NCBI GenBank assembly: GCA_951406725.2
Contig: OX597816.1
Coordinates: forward strand, 96,410,001 to 96,474,000
Direction: 5' to 3'
Origin: Octopus vulgaris
Lineage: Eukaryota
Length of the DNA: 64,000 nucleotides
Within the stretch, counting starts at the first letter, position 1. Each line of letters begins with the position of its first letter. The notes below the pieces were generated by a model. That model was not told where the DNA came from and searched no databases. It was given only the letters and a program-made list of their open reading frames with translations. Below, in pieces: positions 28,108-42,334 of this stretch. A program made the position numbers and the translations under genes.

Positions 28108-28817
28108 CATCAGTTCCTCTTGACTCAGGGTGCAATGGAAAACACATTCTAAAGTTTCAGGTGAACAGACTGAACTCTAAACAAAGCCTATTTCGTAAAC
28201 ACAAAATATCAATGGTAATAATAACCCTTTCTAATATTGGCACAAGGCCGGACATTTGGTGGGGGTTGGTGTACTCGATTATATTGATCTCAGTTTCTTG
28301 AATGGTTATTAATTTATCGACCTCGGCGGGATTTGAAATGAGAACGTAAAGTCCGAATAAATGCTGCTAAGCAGTTTTTTTTTCCGGCTGTACTATCAAA
28401 TCTGCCAGCCCACCGCCTCAATAACGATGATAATCCGTTCTTCTAATGATAATTCTTTCTTCTAAAGACCATTATATCGATCCTCCGTATGTATCTGGTA
28501 CGATTGTGCCAGCTCGCCGCCCTTTTCAAAGTTTGGCACAAGGTCAGCAACTTAGATTGCGGGGCTAAGTCGATTGCATCGACCGCGATACAATGAAAGA
28601 CAAAGTCGACCTCGGTGGAATGTAAAGACGCATGAAATGCCGCCAAGCATTCTTACCTGCGTGCTAACGTAATTACCAGCTCGCTTTATATATATATATA
28701 CACACACAGATGTGTCCGGAGACGATGTTGAATATATAATTTATTTACTTCAGTAGCATTATTTTATTCTTGAGCTCATTTTAGCTTTTCTCTTTGAAAA
28801 CAAGAGAGAGAGAAAGG

Positions 28818-28863
<46 letters not shown>

Positions 28864-29042
28864 TAGACGGACAGGCAAAAAGACAAGCTGACAAACAGAA
28901 ATATTGTCCTTTTAGAAAGTTGTCATTTTTGAAAGATAAAAGCATATTCATTGGCGTAAAAAATAATAAAGGAGAATAGCTATCTATTCAATTGTCGCGT
29001 ACACCTAGTTGAATATCCTGGGTTGATACAGGGAACTGATAA

Positions 29043-29218
29043 TATAAAAGGTGGGTGGGTAGGTAGCTATCATTCCGAGCAGCCCTCAGCCATGACAGTT
29101 AACAGGAACTTTGATATCAACAGGATTGAAAAGGATGCAATAGTAGGAAGATGAATGGAGGTAGTTGTGAAGAGAGAGATGGAAGAAAGTAGTAACAGAC
29201 AGAGTGTGGAAGGTGAGA
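29043..29218 (+). promoter_or_regulatory. Candidate core promoter (TATA + Inr) and non-coding first exon
   Basis: TATAAAAG at 29043 and Inr-like TCATTC with A at 29072 (TATA at -29). Donor AAG|GTGAGA at 29212/29213, alternative donor CAG|GTAATT at 29630/29631. Repeat-free context. Confidence 0.3.
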
Positions 29219-29844
29219 GAAGGAATTACAACAGTGTTTCGTGGTCTGCTTACCACAACAGCTCCAGTTAGCTCAAGACATTATCAGGAGGGACCACGTC
29301 CGGTTTCGGCCCCTACTCCCCTACCGTTTTGACGCGGCACCCCTTTCTTCTTCTTTCTTATGAAACCCAACTAACACTGAGTTCGGTTACCAGTTAGGTT
29401 ATATTGATGATAAAGAGGCATTCGGACCATTGCATGTGTGTACATAAATATTTACCTGCGTGTGTCTTTATTTATGTATAATTATATTATTACTCTAGAT
29501 CTAAAATTTTGTTGCTTTGATGTTTTTTTTTCACTATCTTTAGTTAACTATGCTATCAGCAACTGATTATAGTTCTTTCCTTTTGCCAAATTTTAAACAA
29601 CAAACACAATAGAAAGAAACAAAGAAGCAGGTAATTTTTAGTTTGTAATTGAAAAATTAAAAACACTGAATGAAATTTCAATTCAATCTGTCACAGAATA
29701 ACTAGATTCAAAAGATGAACTCATTACAGAGTAATTAAAGTGAATGAAGTAACTGACACGTTACTTCAAACACAAAACGGCCGCAAGTCTTAAAATTTTC
29801 GTGAAAACATCGTAATTACTAATATTTCAGGAGAAATTAGTTAA

Positions 29845-30066
29845 CTCTCTTTTACTCTCTTTTACTTGTTTCAGTCATTTGACTGCGGCCATGCTGGAGC
29901 AGCGCATTTAGTTGAGCAAATCGACCCCAGGAGTTATTCTTTGTAAGCCGTAGTACTTATTCTATCGGTCACTTTTTGCTGAACCGTTAAGTTACGGGGA
30001 CATAAACACACCACCATCAGTTGTCAAGCGATGTAGGAGGGACAAACACAGACACAAACATATACA

Positions 30067-30118
<52 letters not shown>

Positions 30119-30135
30119 CATATATAGACATATAT

Positions 30136-30166
<31 letters not shown>

Positions 30167-30263
30167 AATCCTTAAATCCTTAAAAATGTTTTACATGCTG
30201 GGGCACCACCGCTGAATGAGCCACACTAGTTTGTGAATCCACCTCTGATACGTGGCACTTGAT

Positions 30264-30314
<51 letters not shown>

Positions 30315-30482
30315 TACGACAGGCTTCTTTCAGTTTCTGTCTACCAAATCCATTCACACACAAGGCTTTGGTCGGCCAGAGGCTATAGTAGAAGACACTT
30401 GCCCAAGGTGCCACGCAGTAGGAATGAACCCGGAACCATGTAGTTGGTAAGCAAGCTACTTACCACACAGCCACTCCTGCGC
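29845..30482 (-). mobile_element. tRNA-derived CORE-type SINE family B (octopus OR-like) with internal microsatellite
   Basis: Head ggcgcaggagtggctgtgtggtaagtagcttg, core gcaccttgggcaagtgtcttctactatagcc, tail gctccagcatggccgcagtcaaatgactgaaacaagtaaaaaga. The gaccttgggcaagt-like motif is CORE-like. Confidence 0.85.
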
Positions 30483-30491
30483 CTATGTCTG

Positions 30492-30574
<83 letters not shown>

Positions 30575-31683
30575 AACTTCACGTCGCTTTGGGCTGCTCT
30601 ATAATGGAACATTTTACAAAGGTTGGAAAACATGCGTGAAGATTAAATTTAGATATTTGATTTGAAAAAGCAAAATATATCAATAAATATATAAAATAAA
30701 AGTAAGAAATATATAATCGTTAATTATATATAGTTAACTAAAGACAGTGAAAAAAATAAATCAAAATATTCTCATAAATTTTTATAGTTTTACTAGATTC
30801 GTCTCTGTCTCTTTGTCTGTCTCTCTTTCTCCTCTACCTGTGTCTCTCTTCCTTTCTCTCTCTCTCTCTCCCTCCCTCTCTCTCTCTCCCTCTCCCTCTC
30901 TCGCTCGCTCTTTCGTACGCACACATACAGATAGATGCTCTGGTTGTAATTTACTTTGGTCATAAGGCCTGTATAGGTTCCACAAAACAACTGATTATTG
31001 ATCACCACTTAAGAAGTCATCAGTTCCTTTACTTTCATAGTCCAAGTGTGTAGTTGTCTGTAAACTGAGCGAATCAAAAATAATTTACTTTTCACAACAA
31101 GATTCACCTCTAAAGTGAACACATCCATCGACTTGGTAATGATAGCGCCTCTATGTAGTTAAAGAATCTGCTAGAACTAACTGCCAAATTTACTTCAAAT
31201 CACACTCAGTAAATCTTTCAAAAGAAGGTGAAGTCACATTATCTGAAAAAAAAGCTTGGATGGTCAACGCGAAAATGCTTTTGATCACAGGTCAGCTTAA
31301 TCAGACCAGAACAGTATGATAACAATAACAAATATTCCTCGGTAGGAAGACGGTTTAACAAGGAAGGCCCTTGTGAGTGCTAAATTGACTGGAGTCAGCG
31401 TTAAGATTTTTAACATAGTTCACTAGTTACAAGGGTGAACTATCTCTGTTTGTATCCTGTTTTAAAATCTCAATGTACCAGGCCATTGTGTACGTGTTTT
31501 GGTTAGAACGGCGTTTAAGGCTGAAGATGAGATAGAATTGGGTGAGCATTTGACCAGTAAGGTAGCACACCACTGATTCTGTCACCTACAGCAAAGCAAC
31601 TTTTTCTGAAGCAGATCTCAATCAAAAGTCACTGAAACATGCGTTACTACACCAATGAGTTTGAATAATGTGGCCTTAAATAT

Positions 31684-32110
31684 AGGCATAGTCGTGGCTG
31701 TGTAGTAAGAAGTTTGCTTCTAGACAATATGGATTTGGGCACAGTCCCACTGCATGTTACCTTGGAGAAATGCCTTCTACTATATGCTCGGGCCGACAAA
31801 AGCCTTATGAGTAGATTTGTTACACAGACTCTGAAAGAATCCCTTCTTACACACACACACACACATATATATATATACATACATATTTGTGTATATATGT
31901 ATACATGTTCGTGTGTGCGTGTGCTTGTGTATCTTTGTGTCTGTGTTTGTCCCCCATCAACGCTTGGCAACTGATGTTATAGTGTTTACGTCTCCGTAAC
32001 TTAGTGATTCGGCAAAAGTGACCTATAGTATATATATCAGGCTTTAAAAAATTACTGGCGTCGATTCATGGCCGCAGTCTAATGGCTAAAACAAGGGAAG
32101 GATAAAAGAT
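31684..32110 (+). mobile_element. SINE family B copy
   Basis: Head, core, microsatellite and tail all recognisable. Confidence 0.8.
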
Positions 32111-33685
32111 TAAAAAATTCAAGAAGTGGGATGGTCTTCGATGAAAAATCTTTGATCGCAGATCTGCTCAGTTACAACTGACCTGGGAATAAATAACATC
32201 AAAACCTTTAATACTGAATTAGATTATATCAATATATCTCTATTAAATTATTCTGTATTTGAGAAATATTTTTACATTTCTCACGTTTTCTGCTTGACAT
32301 TCAACTTGATGTAAACTTCCGATAGCCCTGGGCAGCTGTAATTCAGTTGGTCGATCGATCGGTTATAAGGATCAACAAATCAATCTCAAATCAAACCCTA
32401 CAATTTTAAATAAAAAGGAATATATAGGATAATGTAGTCCTTGATATCTCAAATTAAGTCGGTTACTGCTCGAACGCCTTTCGTCAAATATGAAAACTGT
32501 CCTGCATTTAAACCACAACTACATCGACATGAATATCCCAACATCTTTAATTGTCAGATGATATAAATCTAATTCAGTGTCTTCCAAATGAGTGACAGTG
32601 TTTTAATTACAGTTCTTCAAGATGTAGTCTGTTGAGGTAGGACTGGGAGTCTTATAGCTTTCCCTTATAAAGTCTATTTACTTTACTAATGTTGATAACG
32701 CCGTTGAGAAAACAGAAATACACCGTACGGTTTTTTTTCTACCATGTTTGTAGAATGAATGAAGTCAAGATTTAAAACGAATTTAGTGAGAAAAATCGTC
32801 CTTACTGTATTGCATGAAGTATCAGATGTGTATAGAACTGAATATTTTACTGATAACTGTTAATCCCTTCAGGATTCAAAACTTAAGTATTGGTAAAACA
32901 ACCGAAATCACTTAATCCAAAACTACGCCGTCTCTTGAAAAAAACTTCACCTCTCAACAGGTTAAAAGCAATCGATATTTTCAAGTAATTTTGATGATAG
33001 ATGTGATAAGTGCTGTACTGACAAATGTTTTTGTTGTTTCTTATTGCCTTCACTCATTATTTAACTCACTTGTGAAATTTCAAATCACCTTTATTACTCC
33101 TTCAGTTTCTTATTGGAAAGAAAGTGGAGACAGCAGTTTAACAACGACTTGCAGAATTCTGGACTAAACTTCTTGGATATTTAGTCTGATAAATAATTAG
33201 TATGAAATAATTATTAGACTGCACTTCGTTAGGCAATAGTTGGTGATTTAAAAACATGACTTAACTTCGACCCCGAACATAACTAGGTTTTCTATACAAA
33301 TGTATAGCCTTGATTCACAATCGAAGCATTATATAATAAGATATTGTTGTCGTTTGACCCTCAGGTCCCTCAAAACTAATACAGAAGACAGACCTATGAC
33401 GAAATGCAAATTTTTCCAAGTCTAGTCTATAAAGGACTTATTTTCTGATGTATCCCTTTTTATGACATTGCATTACAATCTTGGGAAGTGTGTGCTGTCA
33501 TTTCTAGCAAGCTGGGTGATCTCGTATAGGATATCCCATTAAATAGTGGCTGCTGGTGTTCTGATTGTTTTTCTGTATTATCATCATTATAGATAATAAT
33601 GATGATAATGAAGAGAAGCATGAGATTTCCAATCAATTTTTGAATGCAAGCCATTCTTAGATCCACCCTATATTGCAAATATTAA

Positions 33686-33736
<51 letters not shown>

Positions 33737-34255
33737 CGTGTGTGTGTGTATGTGTGTCTATACGTGTATGTGTGTGTGCTATCTTTAACAACTCTTTGGT
33801 TTATATCCACGAAATAAACGCCATGACATACACACACAAACATGCATACACACATACATAGCCAACAGCCCACACATACACTCACACAAACATACAGACA
33901 CACACACATGCATATTCCCAGACGCAACTGTGTGGCAAAATGCTTGCAACCCAGCCAGGGTTCAGTCCTACTGCGTGGTACCTTGGGCAAGCATATTCTA
34001 TTATAGCCCCGGCCAACCAAAATTTTGTGAATGGACTAGGCAGAAAGAAACTGAAAGAAGCCTGAAAGAAGATTTACATGCATACATTTATATACATATA
34101 CATACATAATTGGATAAATCTATATGTATATGTATGTGTATTTGAACATATATGTATATGAACAAATACATGCATGTATGTATAAACAAATCCATATATA
34201 TATATATGTGTGTATGTATGTATGCATGTATGTATAAATGTATGTATATATCTAC

Positions 34256-34306
<51 letters not shown>

Positions 34307-34739
34307 CACAATAATGTATAAATATAGATTTTGGATATATATCATTGTATATCATTACTGCTTATATTTCGATATCAACGTATTAAGGGTTCTGTAAAAA
34401 CACCTGTGTATGGTGCGAACTTACATATACGCATATAGTTTATATGTATGAAACTATACATATTCACACACAGGCACATACACATACACACCAATGCCGA
34501 TATCTGCCCCCACATACACACTCACACACACCAAGATAGGTTTGTTTATATATACCACCGTGTGGATCCTTTTCAAATTGAAGGTAATTCAGCGTAAATG
34601 TTTTCTGGCACACATACCCTGTGAAGTTTATCTAATACATTGCCCCCACAATCTAACTCAAGGACATTGTATCATTAACCGCCTTCAAACGTTGAGACGT
34701 ATGTATATACATACATACATACTTATACGTGCATACATA

Positions 34740-34804
<65 letters not shown>

Positions 34805-34818
34805 TAATAATTATAGCA

Positions 34819-34879
<61 letters not shown>

Positions 34880-35022
34880 TAAATATGTATATATATATAT
34901 ATACTAATATATTCTAATAAATCAGAGAGTTTTAAATTGATATTAAAATTAATATTATATATATCTCCTATATATTTAATATATATATATATATATATAT
35001 ATATGCATATATATTTCTAATC

Positions 35023-35403
35023 AGAGCTAATGCAGTCTCGTATTTCCCCTTAAAAAACGCATTTTTTATAAAAACTTTTTCGGCTTCCTATGTTTTTGAT
35101 GTCAGAGATTATGCAAAAAAAAAAAAAAAAAAAAATTACTTTCCCCAGACACCTCTCCCGTCCGCTTAAAATTTTGAACTGTTTAGAAATTTTTTTTTCC
35201 TATGTTTTAGATGACGGAGATTCCCCAATATGCAAGAAACCACGTTTTCAAAATTTTAAATTGAATACATGCAGATATGTATATAAAGAGATAGATAGAT
35301 ATGACTGTCTTCCAGGGATTAACAACTTCTTCTATACGACCGCCACATTTCGTTGACAAATATATTTTATGAACAAACAGACAGGAATAAATAGATAGAC
35401 AGA

Positions 35404-35438
<35 letters not shown>

Positions 35439-35879
35439 ATGGATGAGAAAGCTCAAAATGTATAGTTGGGGAAGGGGGTGAAATCTGAACACCTTATTAA
35501 ACTTTTTAACATTAATTATTAAGCATTAATGTTTGTTTCTCATAAAATGGTGTATATTTAATTTACATTAAATGATTATTTACGATTATTTAAGGCAAAC
35601 ACAAGTAAAACGCTAATTCTTTTTACTTAAATGTTTTTGTCTGTATTTAATTTCGATTTGAATATGTTCGTCAATTCGATACAATGTCTTCAAAGTGAAA
35701 AAAAAAATCAAAAATTTCAATTAAGGTGGGAATAGGAAGTAGCGGGGTGAGGTGAAATATTAAAGAAAATTTTGACATATTCGTAGTAATCTTCAACATT
35801 TAAAGCATCAGAGACCGAAAAGTTTTTTTGTTTTAAAAATGCATTTTTCAAGGAGAGGTGCGAAACCGCGTTAGCCCCT
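35023..35879. mobile_element. Non-autonomous DNA transposon remnant with ~90-bp imperfect TIRs
   Basis: agagctaatgcagtctcgtatttccccttaaaaaacgcatttttt..aactttttcgg pairs with the reverse complement of ccgaaaagttttt..aaaaatgcatttttcaaggagaggtgcgaaaccgcgttagcccct. Confidence 0.6.
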
Positions 35880-35886
35880 TATATTC

Positions 35887-35937
<51 letters not shown>

Positions 35938-38193
35938 TACATGTCAACATATATATATATATACATATATTTAGAGACAGATATACTTCCATGTGTGTGC
36001 ATATACATACAAACACAAAGGCACACGCACATACACACGCACGCACACACACACACACAAGTTTACATATATATACAGAGAGAGAGAGAGAAGAGACCTC
36101 CCGCGCAGACACACTGTCATACACACACATACATACGTACATCATATTCACTTGTAGTTCTTTAAATAGTGGTTCACATAGATTAACAGATACACTGTGC
36201 TATTTAGGTATCTCTTGCTATCGTCTGCGTAACCATGCATATATTTCTGAAAATAAGAGATTCGTCTTCAAGCAAAGTAGAACTCTTTGTTTACCTACCA
36301 CATCTCGCGCACAAACCCGGAAGTCACGCATTGTAATACATGTGAGGATCAAAACTGAATTTACACTCAGACACACATAGACAAACACACACACAGTTAC
36401 ACACACACAGACGCACACACACACACTCACACACACACACTCATACACACACGCGCACACAGAGAGACATGTATGGATGAATCAGATGGATACTAACAGA
36501 TAGGATATCATCAGCTGATAGATAACACTGCAATTTTTATTTACAATATCACACAAAACAAGATTAACCACGACGGCCTTGTAGATAGCATATTGCAGCA
36601 CCAAAATAAATGTACTGATTCGACCAACCCCTAATAATAAACCAAGAAAGCCTACTGGGTATGAAAAACGTACTTGGAGTTAGAATGATACATCCATACG
36701 CACATACATACATACATACATACATACATACATACATACATACATACATACATACATACAAAGATCCATCCACATCCATCCATCCATACATACATACATA
36801 CATACATACATACATACATACATACATACATACATACATACATACATACATACATACATACGAACGTGTAAAAAGTATGAGATACAGTCAACTGTGTACT
36901 AAAGTGAAAAGCATATCCACGACAGAAAAGCAAGATATGAATGAACACAACCGTTTATATGTATACTTATCAAACATTTCAGATGACAACAAAACGCTAA
37001 CACCCGTCTAAACTGAAACACAAGAGCCTTTTCCCTTGGCTAGTGACCAGTTCAACTTTTCTGAATGGAAAAAAATATATAACTTAAGTAAATAAAAAGA
37101 TGTATAATAAAATAGAAGCAATTGTTAGCGAATTAGACAGCTCATTATATGAAGTATATTAAACAATTGGAATACAAAAACGTATATATGTATACATATA
37201 AAAAGGTCTAATTTACACAGAGTACAAATAACATAGAGAATCAAAGGGGGAGAAGAGTATTACAAATCAAACAGCTGTTTCTGGGGGCTGAGCTGTCCAT
37301 AATAATGTTTCTAGATTGATTCCATCAGATGTATGTGTCCTTTTGACAGGTCCTGTTTTTAGTCTTGTTGGGTTTCTAGCAACCTTACTCACCAGACAAG
37401 CCTAGTGGGGATGCCGGTCTAGTCACCGACGACCTGTCCAAAAGAGGGGATGAATCTACTGTAGTTACAACGAATATCTAACAATAGCGTGGGACCTCAG
37501 AAATTCCGTGATAGGATCCGGCGTGCTTGAAGATCACAGGGAGTGAGGCACCCCTCAGCTTTTGTTAAAACACGTCTCTAAAAGAAGGTCACTCTAATAT
37601 AAAGCCAGATATGCAGGGAATGGCGTTGAGCATTTTGGTGATCTTTTGTTTATACTTGAGATCATGGTGCTCTCACACTTCTGAGTCTGTGACCCATATT
37701 GGCACTGGATATCTTGCACCGGCTTATCTCTGGATCATGTCAATGGGGTGCAGAGGGTCTGTTATGCAAGCCTTATTGTACCTGAAATGGGGCGACTTTC
37801 CGATACCCGGTCTCTTACGCCAAACGCGGGTGCAATACTACTTAGAATTGCGGACATTTTGCATGCGAGTTTATCAGTGATGGTCTTCCTCGATCACGAG
37901 TGGTCAGCCATCACCTTCTATGTCTGTCTGTCTGTCTGTATGTATGTATGTATGTATGTATCAAAGTGAGTATTTCTGCTTTTCTCTCCACTCGCGCCTG
38001 ATAGCCGATGTAGGGGTTTGTTTTTATGTCCCCTTAACATAGTGGTTCGTTAAAAAATTCTAGCACAATAAGTATCAGGCTTAGAATAAGCACCGAGTCG
38101 ATTTGTCCACCTAAACTTTTCAAAGCAGTGCCCCTGCACGGCCGGCATCCAACGACTGAAGCAACTAAAACATAAAACTCTTGCGTATATGTA

Positions 38194-38240
<47 letters not shown>

Positions 38241-38535
38241 GTGTGTGTGCGTGTGTGTGTGTGTGTCTGTGTGTGCGTGTGTGTGTCTGTGTAAATATAT
38301 ATGTATACATATAAATATATATAAAGAGAGACAGAAGGACAGACATACAGACAGACAGGCTGACAAAGAGCAGACGAAAAGATAGATAAATAAATTATTG
38401 AGAAGTAACGGTGGTACGTTTCCTTTTTTATATAAAGATATAGTAAGTCAGGAATTTTCTAAAGACGTGATAAAATTTTTTTTCGTATGTGTGTGTGTGT
38501 GTATGTATGTATGTAAGTATGTATGTATATGTATA

Positions 38536-38597
<62 letters not shown>

Positions 38598-38982
38598 TGC
38601 ACATGTGTGTGTATACCAGTGCAAAGCACTTCTCAAATCAGTGACATGCATATATTCATTAAAAAATACATAAGAAGAAAATAAATAAATAAATAAAAAT
38701 AATGTACATCGCACAGTCTTTTCCCTCCCCCTCTATAATTTTACTATTTTTATTGAGAATGATGCGTAGGTAGAAACAGTAGTTAACGTGACTAACTGTC
38801 TCACAGTGTTACCCTGTCTGTCGAGTTGATCTTTTGGACTCATATAAATGAGGTTCTGAATTAAATCGTTTTGACTCAAATAATGTATTTCGTATTCATA
38901 CATTTGTACATATTTAAATAAGTACAAACGTCCCTTGTGTTAGTAATTCTACACGACCTTGGAAAAAAAAACTTTGGTCGTC

Positions 38983-39140
38983 TTATTGTAGCTCTTCGTT
39001 GACGCCTGACATCACTGGGAGGTGGCTCTCGAAGTCGCTGGAAATGGAGATCTCCAGGTCCAAATTATTGGACGGCACACAGTGGTGCTGGAAGTATCCG
39101 TTGGTTCGTATTGTGAGCAATGCTTTTTCTTTCTCGACCC
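38983..39140 (-). other. Possible terminal coding exon of an unidentified minus-strand gene
   Basis: AG at 39142-39141 after a CT-rich tract. Open frame VEKEKALLTIRTNGYFQHHCVPSNNLDLEISISSDFESHLPVMSGVNEELQ*. GC higher than flanks, non-repetitive. Confidence 0.2.
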
Positions 39141-39994
39141 CTTTAATGTAGATTATTTAGAGAGACAGATAGAGATACAGAGAGAGGGGTATACAGAAGG
39201 AGAGAGAGAAAAAGAGAGGGAAAAGCAGGGAGTGAGTGAGAGGAAGAGAGAGAGGAAGAGAGGGAAAGAAAGCTGGAGGAATAGAGGGACCGAGAGAGTG
39301 CGTGCGTGGAATAGTGACTTAAGTAGAACATTACTTATAGAGCCGGGGCGGTTGACTCTTAAGGATGACCTAGGTGTGAACCGAACTGTGGTACAGAAAA
39401 CATATACCAGTGCCGCAAAGTATTATATCGGATGCTCAAACGATTTTGATGATTCATCGCTATTCAGTGTTTCTTATGTCGACCAACTAAATAACGCTGG
39501 AGTGTTTTGTCTTTCCCACCGTAGTTCCTCTGAGCCACATTAAAAAAATACTATTACCTAATAACTGTGAACAAATGTGTTTTTAAAATCAATTTTGTCT
39601 ACGTCTATTTGCATAAAATATTAAACAGAGAAATGTCTCGTTAACGTCTTTCAGTTTCTGTATATGCGTATATGTGTATGTATGTATGTATGTATGTATG
39701 TATGTATGTATGTATGTATGTATGTATGTATGTATGTATGTATGTATGTATGTTCGCTTCCGCCTTTAATTATTTATATTCTTCCTCCGCAAAAACAACG
39801 TTACAGTTTAAACTTAAGAAAAGTTTTGAATACTTTTACTGTTTCACTTATAGACTCTATTTGCAATGTGGGAATTAGTTTGTTGATTTTTCTTTCCTTT
39901 TTTTTTTTCCTGAAAATTGCAACCTATCCAGATTGTCATTTAGACATTTACTCAAAAACCAAGAGTACCAATCATTATTATTATAAATGAGAAT

Positions 39995-40575
39995 AAGGCG
40001 GCGAGCTGACAGAAACGTTAGCACGCCGGGTGAAATGTTTAGCGGTATTTCGTCTGCAGCTACGTTCTGAGTTCAAATTCCGCCGAGGTCGACTTTGCCT
40101 TTCATCCTTTCGCGGTCGATAAATTAAGTACCAGTTTCGCACTGGGGTCGATGTAATCGACTTAATACCTATGTCTGTCCTTGTTTGTCCCTTCTATGTT
40201 TAGCCCCTTGTGGGTAATAAAGAAATAGGTATTTCGTCTGCAGCTACGTTCCGTGTTTAAATTCCGCCGAGGTCGACTTTGCCTTTCATCCTTTTGGGGT
40301 CGATTAAATAAGTACCAGTTACGCACAGGGGTCGATATAATCGACTTAATCCGTTTGTCTGTCCTTGTTTGTCCTCTCTGTGTTTAGCCCCTTGTGGGTA
40401 GTAAAGAAATAGGTATTTCGCTCGTCTCTACGTTCTAAGTTCAAATGCCGCTGAAGTCGACTTTGCCTTTCATCCTTTCGGGGCCGATAAAATAAGTACC
40501 AGTTGAACACTGAGGTCGATGTAATCGACTCAACCCACCTCCCACTAGCTGCCCATGTGACAAAAATTTGAAATA
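39995..40575 (+). mobile_element. SINE family A trimer with single TSD
   Basis: Three tandem cores. TSD atta(t/c)tataaatgagaat at 39977-39994 and 40576-40593. Confidence 0.92.
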
Positions 40576-41723
40576 ATTACTATAAATGAGAATTCATCAT
40601 CTGGATATAGAAGCTGGAGGTTTCAAAGAAGTTGCTAATATTTATTCTGTTACTATTTGATTTTCAATGAGATATTCATATCAACATGACAATTGATCTC
40701 TATGGCGGTGCATACTTTTTCTTCTCTTTCCCAAACAACTGTATCCGGCCTATCATATTTACACTTGACAGATATATTTATATATAAATATGTATGTATG
40801 TATGTGCGTATGTAAGTATGCCTACCTACACACCCATACTCACCTATATATACATACACACACGCGCGAACACACATACAACAGACAGAAACACACACGC
40901 ACACACACACGCACATTCTGGATTTGTTTCTGGTCTTATGTTTATGATTTTAATCTCTGTAGTAATGAGTGTGGAACTGTTCATTTCGCGTTACACTTTA
41001 TGAAGTCCAGTTACGCATCACCAAGATGATCCCTTTACTCGACTTTCTGATTTCTAGTGAACTCGGAACACTAAGAAAATATGCATCAGCCATTATTTGA
41101 ATATTACACTCTACTGTAAGACTATCGTCCGAAACTCCATTTTACTTTCTACATCGCAACAGTACATGGTGGCAACCAGTGAAATTTTCTGTACATATTA
41201 CAAAACCATTTTCTGATAACTACACAATACTGTTTTCTTTATTTGCATACTTTTAACTCTGGGCTCCAGACCAAGTACAATAGTCTATTCAATACGATAT
41301 GTATAGGCTAAGTATCGCCGAATGGCTTTTGGGTAAATCCTATTTTATATAGCCTCGGATCTGCCCATATCTTGTGAGTGAAATTAGTCGAGCGGAACTT
41401 GAATAGAAGCTCGTCTGGTGGATTATACCAGTAATTCGTCAATGAGCAGTTTTGTCAAAATACTGTGTCACGCTGGTTCTGCCTGGGAATTACATTTAGG
41501 GAATACTCAGCCACTAATACGTTAATCCAAGAGCAGGTATTTCATTAAGTCGAACAACTGAATCTTTATCGTCGAGCGATGGAAAAATAACATATATCAG
41601 ACTACTTTATGTACTTGTGATATATGGTACATACATTGTAAGGTGAATGCAAATTCACCCTACTATACAATTTCACACATTTTGAATTTTAAATTAGACA
41701 GAAGAGTACCCAAAGCAAATATT

Positions 41724-42334
41724 CTTTTCTGCTCAAGGCACAAGGACCGAAATTTTGGGGGAGGGGGCCAGTTGATTAGATCGACCTCAGTACGCAACTG
41801 GTACTTAAGTTATCGATCCCGAAAGGATGAAAGGTAAAGTCGACCTCGGCGGTATTTGAACTCAGACCGTAAAAACAGATGAAATACCTATTTCTTTATT
41901 ACCCACAAGGGGCTAAACACAGAGAGAACAAACAAGGACAGACATAGGTATTAAGTCGATTATATCGACCCCAGTGCGAAACTGGTACTTAATTTATCGA
42001 CCCCGAAAGGGTGAAAGGTAAAGTCGACCTCGGCGGAATTTGAACTCAGAAAGTAAAAACAGATGAAATACCGCTAAGCTTTTCGCCCGGCGTGCTAACG
42101 TTTCTTATTTCTTTACTACCCACAAGGGGCTAAACACAGAGAGAACAAACAAGGACAGACAAAGGGATTAAGTCGATTATATCGAAAGTGCGTAACTGGT
42201 ACTTGTTTAATCGACCCCGAAAGGGTGAAAGGCAAAGTCGAACTCGGCGGAATTTGAACACAGAAAGTAGCAGCAGACGCAATACCGCCAGGCATTTCGC
42301 CCGGCGTGCTAACGTTTCTGCCAGCTCACCGCCT
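41724..42334 (-). mobile_element. SINE family A trimer with single TSD
   Basis: Three tandem cores on the minus strand. TSD tac(c/t)caaagcaaatatt at 41707-41723 and 42335-42351. Confidence 0.92.

Noticed and set aside
39995-42334. Tandem ~170-190 bp units that could be read as a CRISPR-like array or tRNA cluster
   Set aside because: Units are SINE bodies with TSDs. There are no unique spacers, cas genes or complete cloverleafs, and the context is eukaryotic.
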